Assembly (NCBI GenBank): GCA_016211945.1
Contig: JACRHV010000008.1
Coordinates: 1-50,247, forward strand
DNA: 50,247 nucleotides
Reading direction: 5' to 3'
Origin: Minisyncoccota bacterium
GTDB lineage: Bacteria > Patescibacteriota > Microgenomatia > UBA1400 > UBA12028
Below are positions 34,920-46,000 of this stretch, piece by piece. Both the position numbers and the translations under genes were made by a program. Position 1 is the stretch's first letter. Each line of letters starts with the position of its first letter. The notes under the pieces are model-generated. The model did no database searches and was not told the origin of the DNA. It saw nothing but the letters and a program-made list of their open reading frames with translations.

Positions 34920-37004
34920 CTACTCTTTTGGCGTTGTTGCTGGCGGATTCTCTGACGGCAGTCCAAGATCAGATGGCAGACGAATCTCACCCTCAGGGAC
35001 AGTCTTTGTTGTTTTCTGCGGTGCTGTGGTACTCTTCGGTTTTGTTTCCTGTTGTACTGTGGGCTGCGGTGTCACTGTTTTTTGCTTTTCAAGCTGTGCA
35101 ATCTGTCCCTCAACCGTTGTGCGTTCGGCACTTCCGACGGGGAGGAGGTTCCATGTTTGGCGCAGTGCATCAATCGCCAACTGCTTCTCACCCTTCATTT
35201 TGTACGCGTTGGCGAGATTGAAATGTGCGTTTGGCCAATCCGGTTTCAGCTCTGCTGCCTGTTGGAAGAGGCGAATGGCCTGTTCGTAGTTTTGTGTCGA
35301 GACATACACTCCTCCCAAGTCAAGCCGCAACATGGGGTTTGTGGGATCGGTTTGAATTGCGCGCACGTATGCGGCAATGGCCCACTGGTCTGCGCCTTGT
35401 GCAACATTGATGAGCGCGCGATAGATCGTTGCAAGTGTTTGCCAGTTTAATGTTTTTCTCCCGTCAAGCTCTGTCGCGGCCTTGGCTTCGCGGATTGCCT
35501 GCTGAATGAGCTGTGGAATGGTGTTTTTGTCCTGCTCTGTCGCGGATGGATTGTCTGCGATGTTTTCTGCTATCAGGAAATTTGTTGATGCGAATGCGCG
35601 TCGATACCTATCAGACAACGGGGCGAGGTTCACCACTTTCCCTTGAAGCTCGTATGTTTTCTTCCCGTCATTTTTTTGTGCTGCTTGGAGTGATTGGTAG
35701 AGAAGCATGTCGGCATAGTACGCTCGGGCGATGAAATATCCACTTACTCCAACTCCGCCAAGAACGAGAAGTGAAAGAATCAAGGCTAAGATTCTTGATG
35801 CGGGATGTTGCTCGACACGGTCAATGGTTCCAGGTGAAAGAATGCGTATGGCAAAAAGGTGAAGAACGATGTCCGCGATACGATCGTCCTTCGCTTTTTT
35901 CAGCATTACCGTAATTAACGTTACAGTGCCAAACAGCACGGCAAGTTGTGCGGTGTTTGAGATAAAGAAAAACTGTTCGAGAACGAGAATGCCCGTAATA
36001 ATACTCAGAGGCCGAAACTCCTCGCGCATGGGGAACGAGGTGCGGAGCATGTTGATCATGAGAAAGAGCCACGCGAGTCCGCCAACGAGACCCATCGTGG
36101 GAAGGATATGAAGAAACTCGGTTCGTCCTATGGTAAACAAGATATTCCAGTACGGAGCGGCGTTAAGAGAGAGCGGTCGGAACTGTGTAAACGCAACTGA
36201 ATACGATTCCGGTCCAACTCCCACGAGTGCGGTACGCGTATTTTTAAATGTATCAACGGCGATAGACCATGATACAGCAAGCGGAGTGAACACCGCCTCT
36301 GCAGGTTTTCCCGGAAGCATGACGTACATGTGCGCAGCAAATCCAAGAATCAGAATCCCAAGAAAACTTCCAAAAATAATACGGTCTTTTTTCTGTTTTG
36401 CCTTGATGAGCTCAACACCGTTTGCAACAAGAAGTGGGAAAAGAAACAGTGCGCCCGCCAACACAGAACCCGCGGGGTTGAATCCGCCTTTTTCAGGAAG
36501 TTGAATCTTCAACAAAACATTAAGCAGATTGGAGAGGCCAAACCCAAAAGCCTCAAGAACTCCAATGATGGAGAGCACAACGCCACTTCCGGAAACAACA
36601 TAGAGATATGTTTTTGCTTGAATCGATTTCAGCAGGGACGGGACAACAAGAACTCCGGTTGCAAGGCCGAACACGACGAGTCCGCGACCCATGATGACCT
36701 CATATGGATAGGTTGATCCAAAAAATGTTGAAAGAAGGAGGACTGCAACGTAAAGGAGAGTGGGGACGGTGAGTGGAGAGATGGTAAATCGTACCGCCTG
36801 TCTCACGAGTGACTGCACTGCCCAAAGGACGACGCACAGCATTGCAACACCCACGATGAGAACCTGCTTATTGATCTCAAAAAAATCAGCGGTTATGGGA
36901 AGGAAGAAAAGCGGGGAGAGTGCGAGGAGTGCATACATCAACACAAGCGGCATGTGTTCTGAACAGAAAGACAGTACGCGTTCCGCAATGTGTTTAACCA
37001 TCAT
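34920..37004 (-). CDS. O-antigen-ligase-like (Wzy_C) polytopic membrane protein with C-terminal TPR repeats
   Basis: At least 10 TM helices with a large loop typical of the Wzy_C/PilO/PglL type, then TPR units (AIAAYVRAIQTDPTNPMLRLDLGGVY.., AIRLFQQAAELKPDWPNAHFNLANAY..) and a Pro/Thr/Gln-rich tail. The track start at 37025 is TTG; ATG 37004 follows AAGGAG. Confidence 0.7.
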   Translation of the reverse strand: MMVKHIAERVLSFCSEHMPLVLMYALLALSPLFFLPITADFFEINKQVLIVGVAMLCVVLWAVQSLVRQAVRFTISPLTVPTLLYVAVLLLSTFFGSTYPYEVIMGRGLVVFGLATGVLVVPSLLKSIQAKTYLYVVSGSGVVLSIIGVLEAFGFGLSNLLNVLLKIQLPEKGGFNPAGSVLAGALFLFPLLVANGVELIKAKQKKDRIIFGSFLGILILGFAAHMYVMLPGKPAEAVFTPLAVSWSIAVDTFKNTRTALVGVGPESYSVAFTQFRPLSLNAAPYWNILFTIGRTEFLHILPTMGLVGGLAWLFLMINMLRTSFPMREEFRPLSIITGILVLEQFFFISNTAQLAVLFGTVTLITVMLKKAKDDRIADIVLHLFAIRILSPGTIDRVEQHPASRILALILSLLVLGGVGVSGYFIARAYYADMLLYQSLQAAQKNDGKKTYELQGKVVNLAPLSDRYRRAFASTNFLIAENIADNPSATEQDKNTIPQLIQQAIREAKAATELDGRKTLNWQTLATIYRALINVAQGADQWAIAAYVRAIQTDPTNPMLRLDLGGVYVSTQNYEQAIRLFQQAAELKPDWPNAHFNLANAYKMKGEKQLAIDALRQTWNLLPVGSAERTTVEGQIAQLEKQKTVTPQPTVQQETKPKSTTAPQKTTKTVPEGEIRLPSDLGLPSENPPATTPKE

Positions 37005-37040
37005 ACGTTCTCCTTTATTTGACAAGTCTATTACGCTCTA

Positions 37041-38027
37041 TTATTCAATTTCCCACCACGTGATGTCTAGTGGGGAGTTGGGGGCAGAGGTTGTGGCGAC
37101 AGTAAATCCAAATCCAGCTTGCTTATTCTTGACATAGATTGGCAGATTTTCTATATTTTTCTCGGCGGTAACATAGAGTTGCGTCGTATCTTTCACTTGA
37201 GTGTAGGGAACAAAAACCTCCGATTTTCCAGCTTCAAGTGTAACAGAGCCGCGTTTTGCGTTTTTCTCTGCCTCACCTTGAACAGTTTCTTTTGCTTTTC
37301 CATCTTCCGGTCCTGCGATCATGGCGGTTGATTTACTTGCGGCTTGTTCTGTGGGAAGGAGATCCATTGGATTTTTTGTTGCGGGAACCTGAGTAGGATT
37401 TGGCGCGCCAAGCGACGAGGCTTTGGCAAAATCCTGATCTGCAAGCTGTTTCATTTCAGGTTTGACCACGGACGTGACTTGGTAGATGCGTCCGCGGCTC
37501 ATGTAGCCAGCAGGATCGTTAGGGTTTATGGAGATCGCACGATTAGCCGATTCAAGTGCTTGATTGAGCAAGAGGACAATCATGTCTTTTTCTTCCACGG
37601 TTTGCACGGAGCTGGAGTTAGAGAACTCGATTGCTTTCTTGAGAAAACCATTGGCAAGCGAAACCTCATATTCGAAGTTCTGCGGAGTAGGGGTTGCGGT
37701 GGACTCTGCCTGCGCCGTTTGCACAGGTGTCTCTGTTGAGAAAGGAACTTGTGCTTGTGATATCCGATTTGGCGCATCTGCGGATGCAAGCGGAGAGGTT
37801 AGTCCCTGATTAAACTTGAGTGTGCCAGCTTGTGTGAGACCGTACGCTCCGGCAACAGGAGTTGCAAAAAGCATCGAGTAAATTGTTCCAAGTTTGAGGA
37901 TGTGGAGAACGGTGTTCTTTTTTTGCGTTGCATGAGTGACTGCCGATGGAACTTGAGGTACAGCGTATGATTGGGGGATCACAATGGAGGGGGTTTCAAC
38001 AACAACCCGGGCAAGTGGAGTTTGCAT
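37041..38027 (-). CDS. membrane-anchored or secreted protein with TPR-like segment and a C-terminal domain shared with the giant protein
   Basis: Start taken at Met75 (38027) to avoid overlap with the upstream gene. TM segment ILKLGTIYSMLFATPVAGAYG. The C-terminal 65 aa align to the C-terminus of the 40005.. gene. Confidence 0.55.
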   Translation of the reverse strand: MQTPLARVVVETPSIVIPQSYAVPQVPSAVTHATQKKNTVLHILKLGTIYSMLFATPVAGAYGLTQAGTLKFNQGLTSPLASADAPNRISQAQVPFSTETPVQTAQAESTATPTPQNFEYEVSLANGFLKKAIEFSNSSSVQTVEEKDMIVLLLNQALESANRAISINPNDPAGYMSRGRIYQVTSVVKPEMKQLADQDFAKASSLGAPNPTQVPATKNPMDLLPTEQAASKSTAMIAGPEDGKAKETVQGEAEKNAKRGSVTLEAGKSEVFVPYTQVKDTTQLYVTAEKNIENLPIYVKNKQAGFGFTVATTSAPNSPLDITWWEIE

Positions 38028-38097
38028 GTATTCATAGTAAGGAATTTTGGATGATACGTCAAGGCGCGGAAGTTTTTTACAGCACAGAGCAGAAATA

Positions 38098-38637
38098 TTA
38101 GCTCTGAATTCTTGGCAAGTTGAGGTGAGCTTCAATGCGCTCAATGCGTTTTCTGTGATCATGAATCTTGTTGTCATAATCTCCAATGACCATATTAAAC
38201 GTTGCCCGTGTTTTTTTGTGTTCTCGAAGAATAGATTTTTTGATTTCACTCTTCAGTTCTTTCTTCGCATCATCAACAATACCATGGACAATCTTATGGA
38301 CGATATCAGGGACAGTTCCTTGAACAATATTTTGAACAATATTTGGTACAGTATTTTGAATAATGCCATGGACAATCCCTGGGACGGTATCCTGAATAAT
38401 GCCATAGACAATCCCTGGTACAGTATCCTGAATAATGCTATGAACGATTTTTGGAACAGTCCCCTGAATAATATCTTGAACAATCGTTGGAACAGTACCT
38501 CGAACAGTATCTTGCACAATCTTAGGAATTGAACTTTGAATAATATCCTGTACAATCTCAGGAACAGTCCCTTGAATTTCTTCCTTCATCACTGTACGAA
38601 TTTGGCTGAGATCTTGGGGGGTCAACATGGTTCGCAT
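38098..38637 (-). CDS. repeat protein: eight tandem 12-residue units (Q-x-T-V-P-x-I-V-x-x-I-I) plus charged helical tail
   Basis: The translation shows QGTVPEIVQDII / QSSIPKIVQDTV / RGTVPTIVQDII / QGTVPKIVHSII / QDTVPGIVYGII / QDTVPGIVHGII / QNTVPNIVQNIV / QGTVPDIVHKIV. The true start may be Met4 (38628), given the -10 box that abuts ATG 38637. Confidence 0.6.
   Translation of the reverse strand: MRTMLTPQDLSQIRTVMKEEIQGTVPEIVQDIIQSSIPKIVQDTVRGTVPTIVQDIIQGTVPKIVHSIIQDTVPGIVYGIIQDTVPGIVHGIIQNTVPNIVQNIVQGTVPDIVHKIVHGIVDDAKKELKSEIKKSILREHKKTRATFNMVIGDYDNKIHDHRKRIERIEAHLNLPRIQS
38287..38574 (-). repeat. 8 x 36-nt in-frame tandem repeat
   Basis: Nucleotide periodicity of 36 underlies the dodecapeptide repeats. 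The copies are diverged, not identical. Confidence 0.7.
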
Positions 38638-38646
38638 ACTGTACCA
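38638..38646 (-). promoter_or_regulatory. extended -10 box TGGTACAGT (minus strand)
   Basis: Plus-strand actgtacca at 38638-38646. It abuts ATG 38637, and the second in-frame ATG (38628) lies 9 nt downstream. Confidence 0.4.
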
Positions 38647-38733
38647 ATTTGTGCCTTGTAGAACAAGAGAACAAAACGGATCACAATAGCGCAGAAATCA
38701 CGCAGTTTTTGCGGGAGCTATTTCACTACAAGT

Positions 38734-39870
38734 CTAATACAGAAATCTTTGCGCATTCTCAAGAGTGATATATGTGACATGTTCAGTTTTTTTTGTCTTT
38801 TTTCCCGATGTTTTTATCTCATAAAGCGATTGTGTTTGCTCAGTTTTCTTTACAATATCAATTTCCGAACCAGAAGAAGAACGAAAAAATCCCAATTGAT
38901 ACGGTGTGCGTTGATACTCAAGTTGACGCTTGATCCCCATAAAGACAGCATTCTCTAAAAGTTGACCTTTATCTAGTCGGAGATGATACTCATCAAAATT
39001 ATTGATCAGCGCATTTCTTATCCCTAAGTCGGTGAAATATATTTTTTTCGCTTTGGAAATAGACTCCCGCTCATTGGTGGAAAGAGGAGTTGCTACGGTA
39101 ATCATTCCGAGTTGTTCAAAAAAATCAAGAAAACGAAGAACGGTTTCCCTATTGAGTTCCGTATGAAGCGCAAGTTCATTCACATTGACTAACTGACCAA
39201 TTTGATGCGCGAGGAGTTTTGCAAGAAAAAGAGCTTGAATCGGTTTGCGAAGATTTCCAATCTCAAGCAGATCTTTGGAAAACACATGATTCACATATTC
39301 TTTCAAGAACTGTGGATATTCTGTTAATGGAAGATTTTGTGAGGAAGGGAGAGATCCGAATACAAGATATGTGCGGAGTCGCGATTGATTTTCTTGAATA
39401 TTGTTCCATTCAGCCGAGAAATCAAATGAAAGTCCGGATTGGATATTCATCTCTGCAAGTGAGAGGGGATAGAGATGAACCTCATACACGCGCCCGGTAA
39501 GAGAATCTCCGATACTGTGCCGAATACGTATTTCTGATGAACCAGTGAGGATAAAACGTAAATCCTTATTTTTATACGTATCGTAGAGATATTTTATGGT
39601 TCCAGTTGCCTCCGGATACTTTTGAACCTCATCGATCAAAATATCATGATGTGCATAGGTTGTAGCGAATATATCTAGGCTTTCGCGATCAAATGCAGAG
39701 AATCGATGGATGTCATTGACGAGATCAAAGTTGAATCGCACAACTTTTGGACGAACAAGACTTTCAGCAAGCGTTGTTTTTCCAGTTTGACGTGCCCCCA
39801 AAAGTAAGATAATGGGACTCCATTTGGTCTCAAGGGTGTTGTGTATCTGAGCGTAGATAGTACGATACAT
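38734..39870 (-). CDS. AAA-family ATPase (AAA_14 N-domain plus DUF4143-type C-domain)
   Basis: Walker A LLGARQTGKTTLA, Walker B HHDILIDEVQ, and a C-terminal region resembling DUF4143. Confidence 0.75.
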   Translation of the reverse strand: MYRTIYAQIHNTLETKWSPIILLLGARQTGKTTLAESLVRPKVVRFNFDLVNDIHRFSAFDRESLDIFATTYAHHDILIDEVQKYPEATGTIKYLYDTYKNKDLRFILTGSSEIRIRHSIGDSLTGRVYEVHLYPLSLAEMNIQSGLSFDFSAEWNNIQENQSRLRTYLVFGSLPSSQNLPLTEYPQFLKEYVNHVFSKDLLEIGNLRKPIQALFLAKLLAHQIGQLVNVNELALHTELNRETVLRFLDFFEQLGMITVATPLSTNERESISKAKKIYFTDLGIRNALINNFDEYHLRLDKGQLLENAVFMGIKRQLEYQRTPYQLGFFRSSSGSEIDIVKKTEQTQSLYEIKTSGKKTKKTEHVTYITLENAQRFLY

Positions 39871-39876
39871 GTACGT

Positions 39877-39905
39877 ATCCTACATAATAACCACAAGTTT
39901 GTCAA
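39877..39905 (-). promoter_or_regulatory. TTGACA-N17-TAGGAT promoter, 6 nt upstream of the ATPase ATG (leaderless candidate)
   Basis: On the minus strand, TTGACA at 39905-39900, TAGGAT at 39882-39877, acgtac, ATG 39870. No Shine-Dalgarno sequence. Confidence 0.4.
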
Positions 39906-40004
39906 TATTATCCAGCAAAATAGTGCAGATAATGTTGGATGTAACATGAGATTTGAGAGATAAACATGGTCAGAGCAACTGAAATGTACCTCGTTATTCC
40001 ACGT

Positions 40005-43000
40005 TTACTCCATCTTGATGATCCAGTAGTTGAACTGAATATTTGTCGTAAGTGGTTGGTTTACCGCAACAGTAAATCCTAACCCATCCGATTTTTGTTT
40101 CACGTACAAGACTTGATTTTGTGTATTAGAAAGTGGTGTCAAGTAAATCAATGTGTTTGGAGCAACTTGTGTACTCGTCACCAAAACCTCTGTTGTTCCT
40201 GCTGGGATGGTGGCAGTTCCGGCACTCGCGTTTGCTTTTGCCTGTATGGCAAGTGTTGCGGACTCGGTGGCATTAGCAGAATCTGTTGCGTACTTTGGCG
40301 CGGCAATAGTAACAAGTTTGGTGGTGAGACTTTGGAACATTGCGGAACCGGATGCGGTAATCTCGCTGACTAACTCGCCGCGATTATTGTAGAGCGCCAA
40401 AAGGCGGGAGCGATTGGAGATGCCCGGGGCGAGCGTAAGCGCGGCAGAGTCCGTAACGATGGCATCGGCAAATGCAGCGCTCACCGTGGCATCTGTGCTA
40501 CCAATAAGTGAGGTCAAACCAATAGAAATTGATTCTGTTTGAATATCTTGTGTATAGATAGACCCATTCACATAGAGATTTCCGTTGATGGAAACATCGC
40601 CAGAATCGCTCAAAATCATACGGTTTCCAAGTAAACTGAGTGATCCACTTCCTGATGGTTGGATATATAAAGTAGTACTTTGTAATGATTCGTTACTGTT
40701 TGCGGTTGACGCCAGGCTAATACTATTGCCGGTGACAGTTAATGCTTGATTCGATCCATTCACGGTGAGTCCTGTAGAGAATTCGGCATAGTTGAAGTTT
40801 GCCAAGCCTTGGACAGAGAGGAACTCGTTGACCAGCACGGCGGTTGGAGCGATTACCTCGGTGTCGGCGACATGTGAGCCCGACTTCATATTTAATGCTG
40901 CGATGTATGCCGATGTGGAGGCGTCATTATCTGCAATCAGTGAGTTTATGAGCTCGAGTGTTGATGCTGGTGGCGTGTAGGTGATTGCACCACTTGCGGT
41001 TGCGGTGTCCATGGCATGTTGCACGGCGGATGAGATTTTGTCATCAAGACCAAAGATGCTTTGTGCGTTGATGTTGTCCGCGTACAACGTGCCAGAAATG
41101 GTGGCGTTGCCGCTGATCTGTGCATCGAGTGACTTAATAGACTCAATCTCGGCAAGCGCCGCTTGGAGTTTTTGCGCGCGGACAGATTTGGTGACAACTT
41201 CGCCGGAGAACGAGGCGTTGCCCTGGTTGTCAAACGAGGCGACGACTTCTGGATGTGTTGAGGTAGTGTTGATAATCTCGATATTCGTTGCGTTCAGTTT
41301 GAGTGCAACTGCAGAATCTGTGGCGTTGGTAGTAAGGAGGCCTGCGGAAACGGATGCGGTATGAATGACGTCTGCAACCAAACTGTTCACTTGTGCTTCT
41401 TGTGCAATAAGTTTGTCTGCCTCAACTTGACGAGCGGTAATGATATCAAAGGTGGCGCTGCTTACATTACCATTTCCGTCAAATGAGATTGCGGGGTCAA
41501 AGTAGGAGATGTTAATTGCAACATGGAGAGGAGTCTCGCCTTGTGAAGCATCCCATGACTCAACTGCACGTCCAATAATTTGTCCTGGCTGAATGGCCTT
41601 AGTGCCGTGGCCAGGAAGGGTGGAGGAAATAGTGATGGCATCGCCTGCTTGAATGGATGGGGAGGAAGGATCAATATTGACGGTGGTAACACCTTCAGTG
41701 ACAAGTGTTCGCACTGCAAGTGTTGCGTTGTTGACACGAGTGCGGTGAATGATTGCGCCAACATTTTCGTTGTCAGAAATGATACCAACCATGGTTTGAA
41801 GATCTTGTGTTGTGCGTTGGACAGGGGAAATGGTTCCAATAGAAATGGTTTGTGATGTGTTTGATGGATCTTGCTCTTGATGGTAATTGATTTTGACAAT
41901 ATGTCCAACCTCTGTAATAGGTGAGAGTACAAATTGTTCATCTTGTGAGACAACAATCGTAGTTGAGGTGGTGTCGATGGCGTCTGTTGGGTCAAAGTAA
42001 GAAGGTCCTATAAAGACAAGCACTTCACCACACATATCTCCGGTTGATGCACCATTTACAACACATGGAGACAATGATGATTGTGCTGTTAATGGCTCAA
42101 GCGCTTTTCCAATAATTTGCCCACGTTGTGTTGCTTTCATACCAACACCTGGGATATCTGATGAGGTGATTGCATCACCACGCGTAATCTCGCCATTCTT
42201 GAGTGTGACGCGTGTTGGGACACGACCAGCAAGCGCCATTTGAACACTTCCTTCATTTTTGTCACCAATAAGCCATCCGGCTTTGGTTGAAACAACACCA
42301 AGAATAGCGGGGTCATATGCTTTTGAAGAAGGGATAACCCTCTCGTTGTTGTTTGGATCAACAGAAATAATGGTTGCTTGTGTTACATCTGCAGAAGCAG
42401 GGATCCACTCAGCAAGGTCTGATCCAGCATCTTTGGAACAGTAGGTGAGTTGGATGTAGGGGGCGTTAGTGCCGGCAACAGAACCTTCATTATTAATCGT
42501 GACGCCTGTGGTACTACTGTTTATTGCGTTATACGTGTATGGTCCTCCTTGTGCAAGACCTCCATTTGCTCCTCCAGCTGCACCACTCGTATTGATGGAG
42601 TGGGTGTGACCTGGATCTGTAATTCCATGGTTATGCTGACCCACTGGTCTATTTTCTGTATTCGAAAGAGCGGTTCCAACAGTAGCACCTATAGTTCCAG
42701 AAGCTGGTGTTCCAACAATATATCTTCCCCTTGCCGCGGTGTACTCTGTCCATCCTGCTGGACAGGTAGATGCGAATGCTGCAATTTGTCCTTGAGTTTC
42801 TGGTATTGAGACCCTACCCCAAGACGTTCCATTACAATAATAGTAGGCGTTTTGTGAAGCATCATAATATTCTTTACCCGCAGCAGCAGTGTTACATGTT
42901 CCGGCTGCTGCTTGGAATGTTGGTGCGAGGGAAAAAGTTCCTGAGATTGTTGCTGATCCAGCGACATCAAGTTTTGTGGCTGGGGAAGTGGTGCCGATAC

Positions 43001-46000
43001 CGACGTTGCCTGTATTTTGTTGAACTACTACACGAGAAACTGCATTTGTAACATCTCTTATTTCAAAACCACCATTACTAACACCATAAATAAATGGGTT
43101 TAGTGAGAATGTATTACCCCCAGCATACCCCGTTGAAAGGACGAGCAATTTATCATCGCCCCCAGCAGACTCGTAAACTTCAAGTGGTCCACTTGGACTT
43201 GTTGTCCCGATGCCCACAGTCCCATCATTCTTAATGTACAACTTATCTACCCCACCAACCTGCAATCGCAGTGCGCCAGAGGCATTTGCGTCAGAGTCAG
43301 CATTGACAATAGCATCTGTTGTATTTGCAAGGTTGTTTGCACTTCCCAAACCAGCACTACTCATGGACGTTCCATCGGCAAAGTATATTGCTCCGCTACT
43401 GGTAAGTTTAATATCTCCAGCGACCTGCAACTTGTATGTTGGACTTGAATCGCCGATACCAACATTTCCATTGTTTTTAATGGTGACTCGGTCGGTGAGT
43501 CCGGCATTTCCACCTGGGGATGTTTGGATAATAAAGTCATTGCCATTGAGTTGTTTAATGTAGCCTGGGGAAGATCCAAGAACAGTCAATGAGCCGGAGA
43601 TGGAAGCACTTCCATTCACATCAAGTGCAACAACTGGCGCAGTACGGCCGATGCCAAAGTATCCGGTGTTAATAAAGCTGTTTTCCCCTGCAAGTCCGGC
43701 AAGGTGTACAAGCGCAGAGGCGGTTGCGGTTGCACCAAGGTTGAGCGATTGGTTGATGGTGACCGGAGAAATGGCGCCACTATTAACCTGCCACAGATTG
43801 GAGAACGAGGCCCAAGACGTTCCGTTGTAGTAGTACAAACCGTTATCTGTGGAGTTGACGTAGAGCGAACCAAGGCCAAGTGCTGTTGGTGCGGCGGCAA
43901 AACTTCCAATTTGGAGTTGTCCACCAGAATCAACCTTAAATTTGTCAGTTCCATTGGACTGGAAGCGCAGAAAGTTTCCGCCCGTTCCTGTTTTATTGAT
44001 CCAAATACTACTCGTGTTGGTGTTTGCATCAACGTCTGGCGTGTCCACTGGCGCCAAGCTTACCGCACCAGAGTCGGATCGCAGTCCGCCGACCACCACA
44101 TCCAAACGCATGTCTTGTGCTGAGCCGGAGTAGTTATAGAAACGCACTTTGTTACTATCGGTGACCTCGATTTTGTAGGTGGCGTTGGAGGCGTCAACCT
44201 TATCCCATTTGGTGGTACTTGCGTTGTACAGCCATCCGGTTGCGAGCAGATCACTGGTCCCTTGACCGTGATTCACCTCGACATATCCGTTGTTTGCAAC
44301 GTTGGTTGCAGCGTTGGTGTACAAGCCGTTTCCTCCGCCAACCACCTGGTCTTCCCATCGCATGCCAAGTCCATACAGTTTGGCGTTGCCGGTGATGATG
44401 ACTTTCCAACGCATCTTGGTGCCAGGGGTTTGTGAGGAGAGGTCTGCCAATCCGGAATAGATATGGATTGTGCCGGTGTCCAGACCCTGATCTGTCATGC
44501 TGACAGTTGACCATGTTGCACCGTCGTTTCGTGAGACGGAGTAGGTGAGGGTGCCGGTTCCCACGTCCGCGAGCGCGGAGAGCCACGCTTTGGTTGGTGC
44601 GGCAACAGCATCGTATGATTTGGAGACCACGGTTGCGGGGTCGGTGCCGCCGGCAGTACCGTACTCGAATTTGACGTAGTTGATGTTTGGAGGGGCTGCC
44701 TCGTTACTTTGTACTGATTGAATTGCGCGGTATTGCACAAATCGGTTGTTGGTTGAGGTGACGGTTGATCCACCAGGAATGGTGAGGTAGTCGCCACCGT
44801 AGCGCATGTCATCGATAAAGATATTTGCACCTTGGTAGCCGTCCATGACGCGGAATGTGAATCTGGTGAGCGCATTGCGTTCTGCAGTTGGGATACCAGT
44901 CACGTCAAGCCATTGTTTTTGCCACTTGAACAACTTGGAGTTTCCATCAAATCCACCCGGTGGGAAAGTGCCGGTCCAACTTCCACTCGTAATGCCGAGT
45001 GTTGTGGTGCTTCCATTGACGGTCACAGAGTTGACGGTTCCTTGCACAAGATACTCAGTTCCGCTGACATTTTCCATAAGCACGATTTTGTCATCTACAT
45101 AGATGCGACCTGTGACATCAGGGACAGTAACTGTTGTTGTTCCTGACCCTACGCTGTCAGTGGTGAGGAGCGGGTAACTTACTGGGAAGTCAACAGTGAT
45201 GGGGTATTGACGCTTGGTGATGTTGTATGTTGCGGCAATATCAGTTCCAGAACGAGCGATGTTGGACACGCGGACTTCGTCAACGACACCGTCAGTGTAC
45301 AGCGTTCCAGTTGTTGCGCGACGGCCGATGTGTGATCCGGCACCAACACCGGTTGCCAATGTTGCGGATGCAGTTGCTTTAGCTTCACCGTTCACGTAGA
45401 TGCGAACATTGGTGGCATCATACGTAGCTGCCACGTGATACCAGGTATCTGCAGTGGGAATAGTTGATGAGTTGACCGTTGTTCCATGAAGTTGGACAAA
45501 GAATCCTTTTGAGTTATCTTGAGCGATAGAGAACTCTTGGTTAGCGATGTTGGTTCCGTATCCATAAATATAGCGCTCTGTTGCGTTCACGGTTCCTGGT
45601 TTATACCACGCCTCTATAGTTCGTGCTCCTGTTCCGGTGGGAAGAGAAGTAGTGCCCGTTGAGAGATACCCTGTTGACCCATCAAACCCTCTGCCTGCAC
45701 CAATCTTTCCATGGGTAGTTGCATAGGTCGTGCCGTTTAATGTGGCATGGTTTGCTCCCGTACAGGTATCACGGATATCTGAGGCAGAGGTTCCCTCTGC
45801 TTCATCAAGATGCCACAACGAGATAGTATTCGCATCACACAGATACGAATCATAATCACTCTCCCCAATGGTTGCCTCTAACCATGTGCCTGGTCTATCT
45901 GCTGCAATATCAAATGCAAACTTGGTAGCAGAAGAGAGATCCTTGGCTGTAAAGGTTCTCACAATACGGGTATCTCTCCCTGCTCGTCCCTCTTCTGCTT

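Noticed and set aside
38047-38555. Alternative-frame and opposite-strand ORFs across the 36-nt repeat region (38047..38532 +, 38253..38555 -)
   Set aside because: Any in-frame tandem repeat stays open in several frames. The 38098..38637 frame was chosen because it has a start next to a TGGTACAGT box, a non-repetitive N- and C-terminus and no overlap conflict with its neighbours.
38287-38574. Possible CRISPR array suggested by the 36-nt periodicity
   Set aside because: The repeats are contiguous with no spacers, diverged, and in frame within a coding sequence. No cas genes are in the window.
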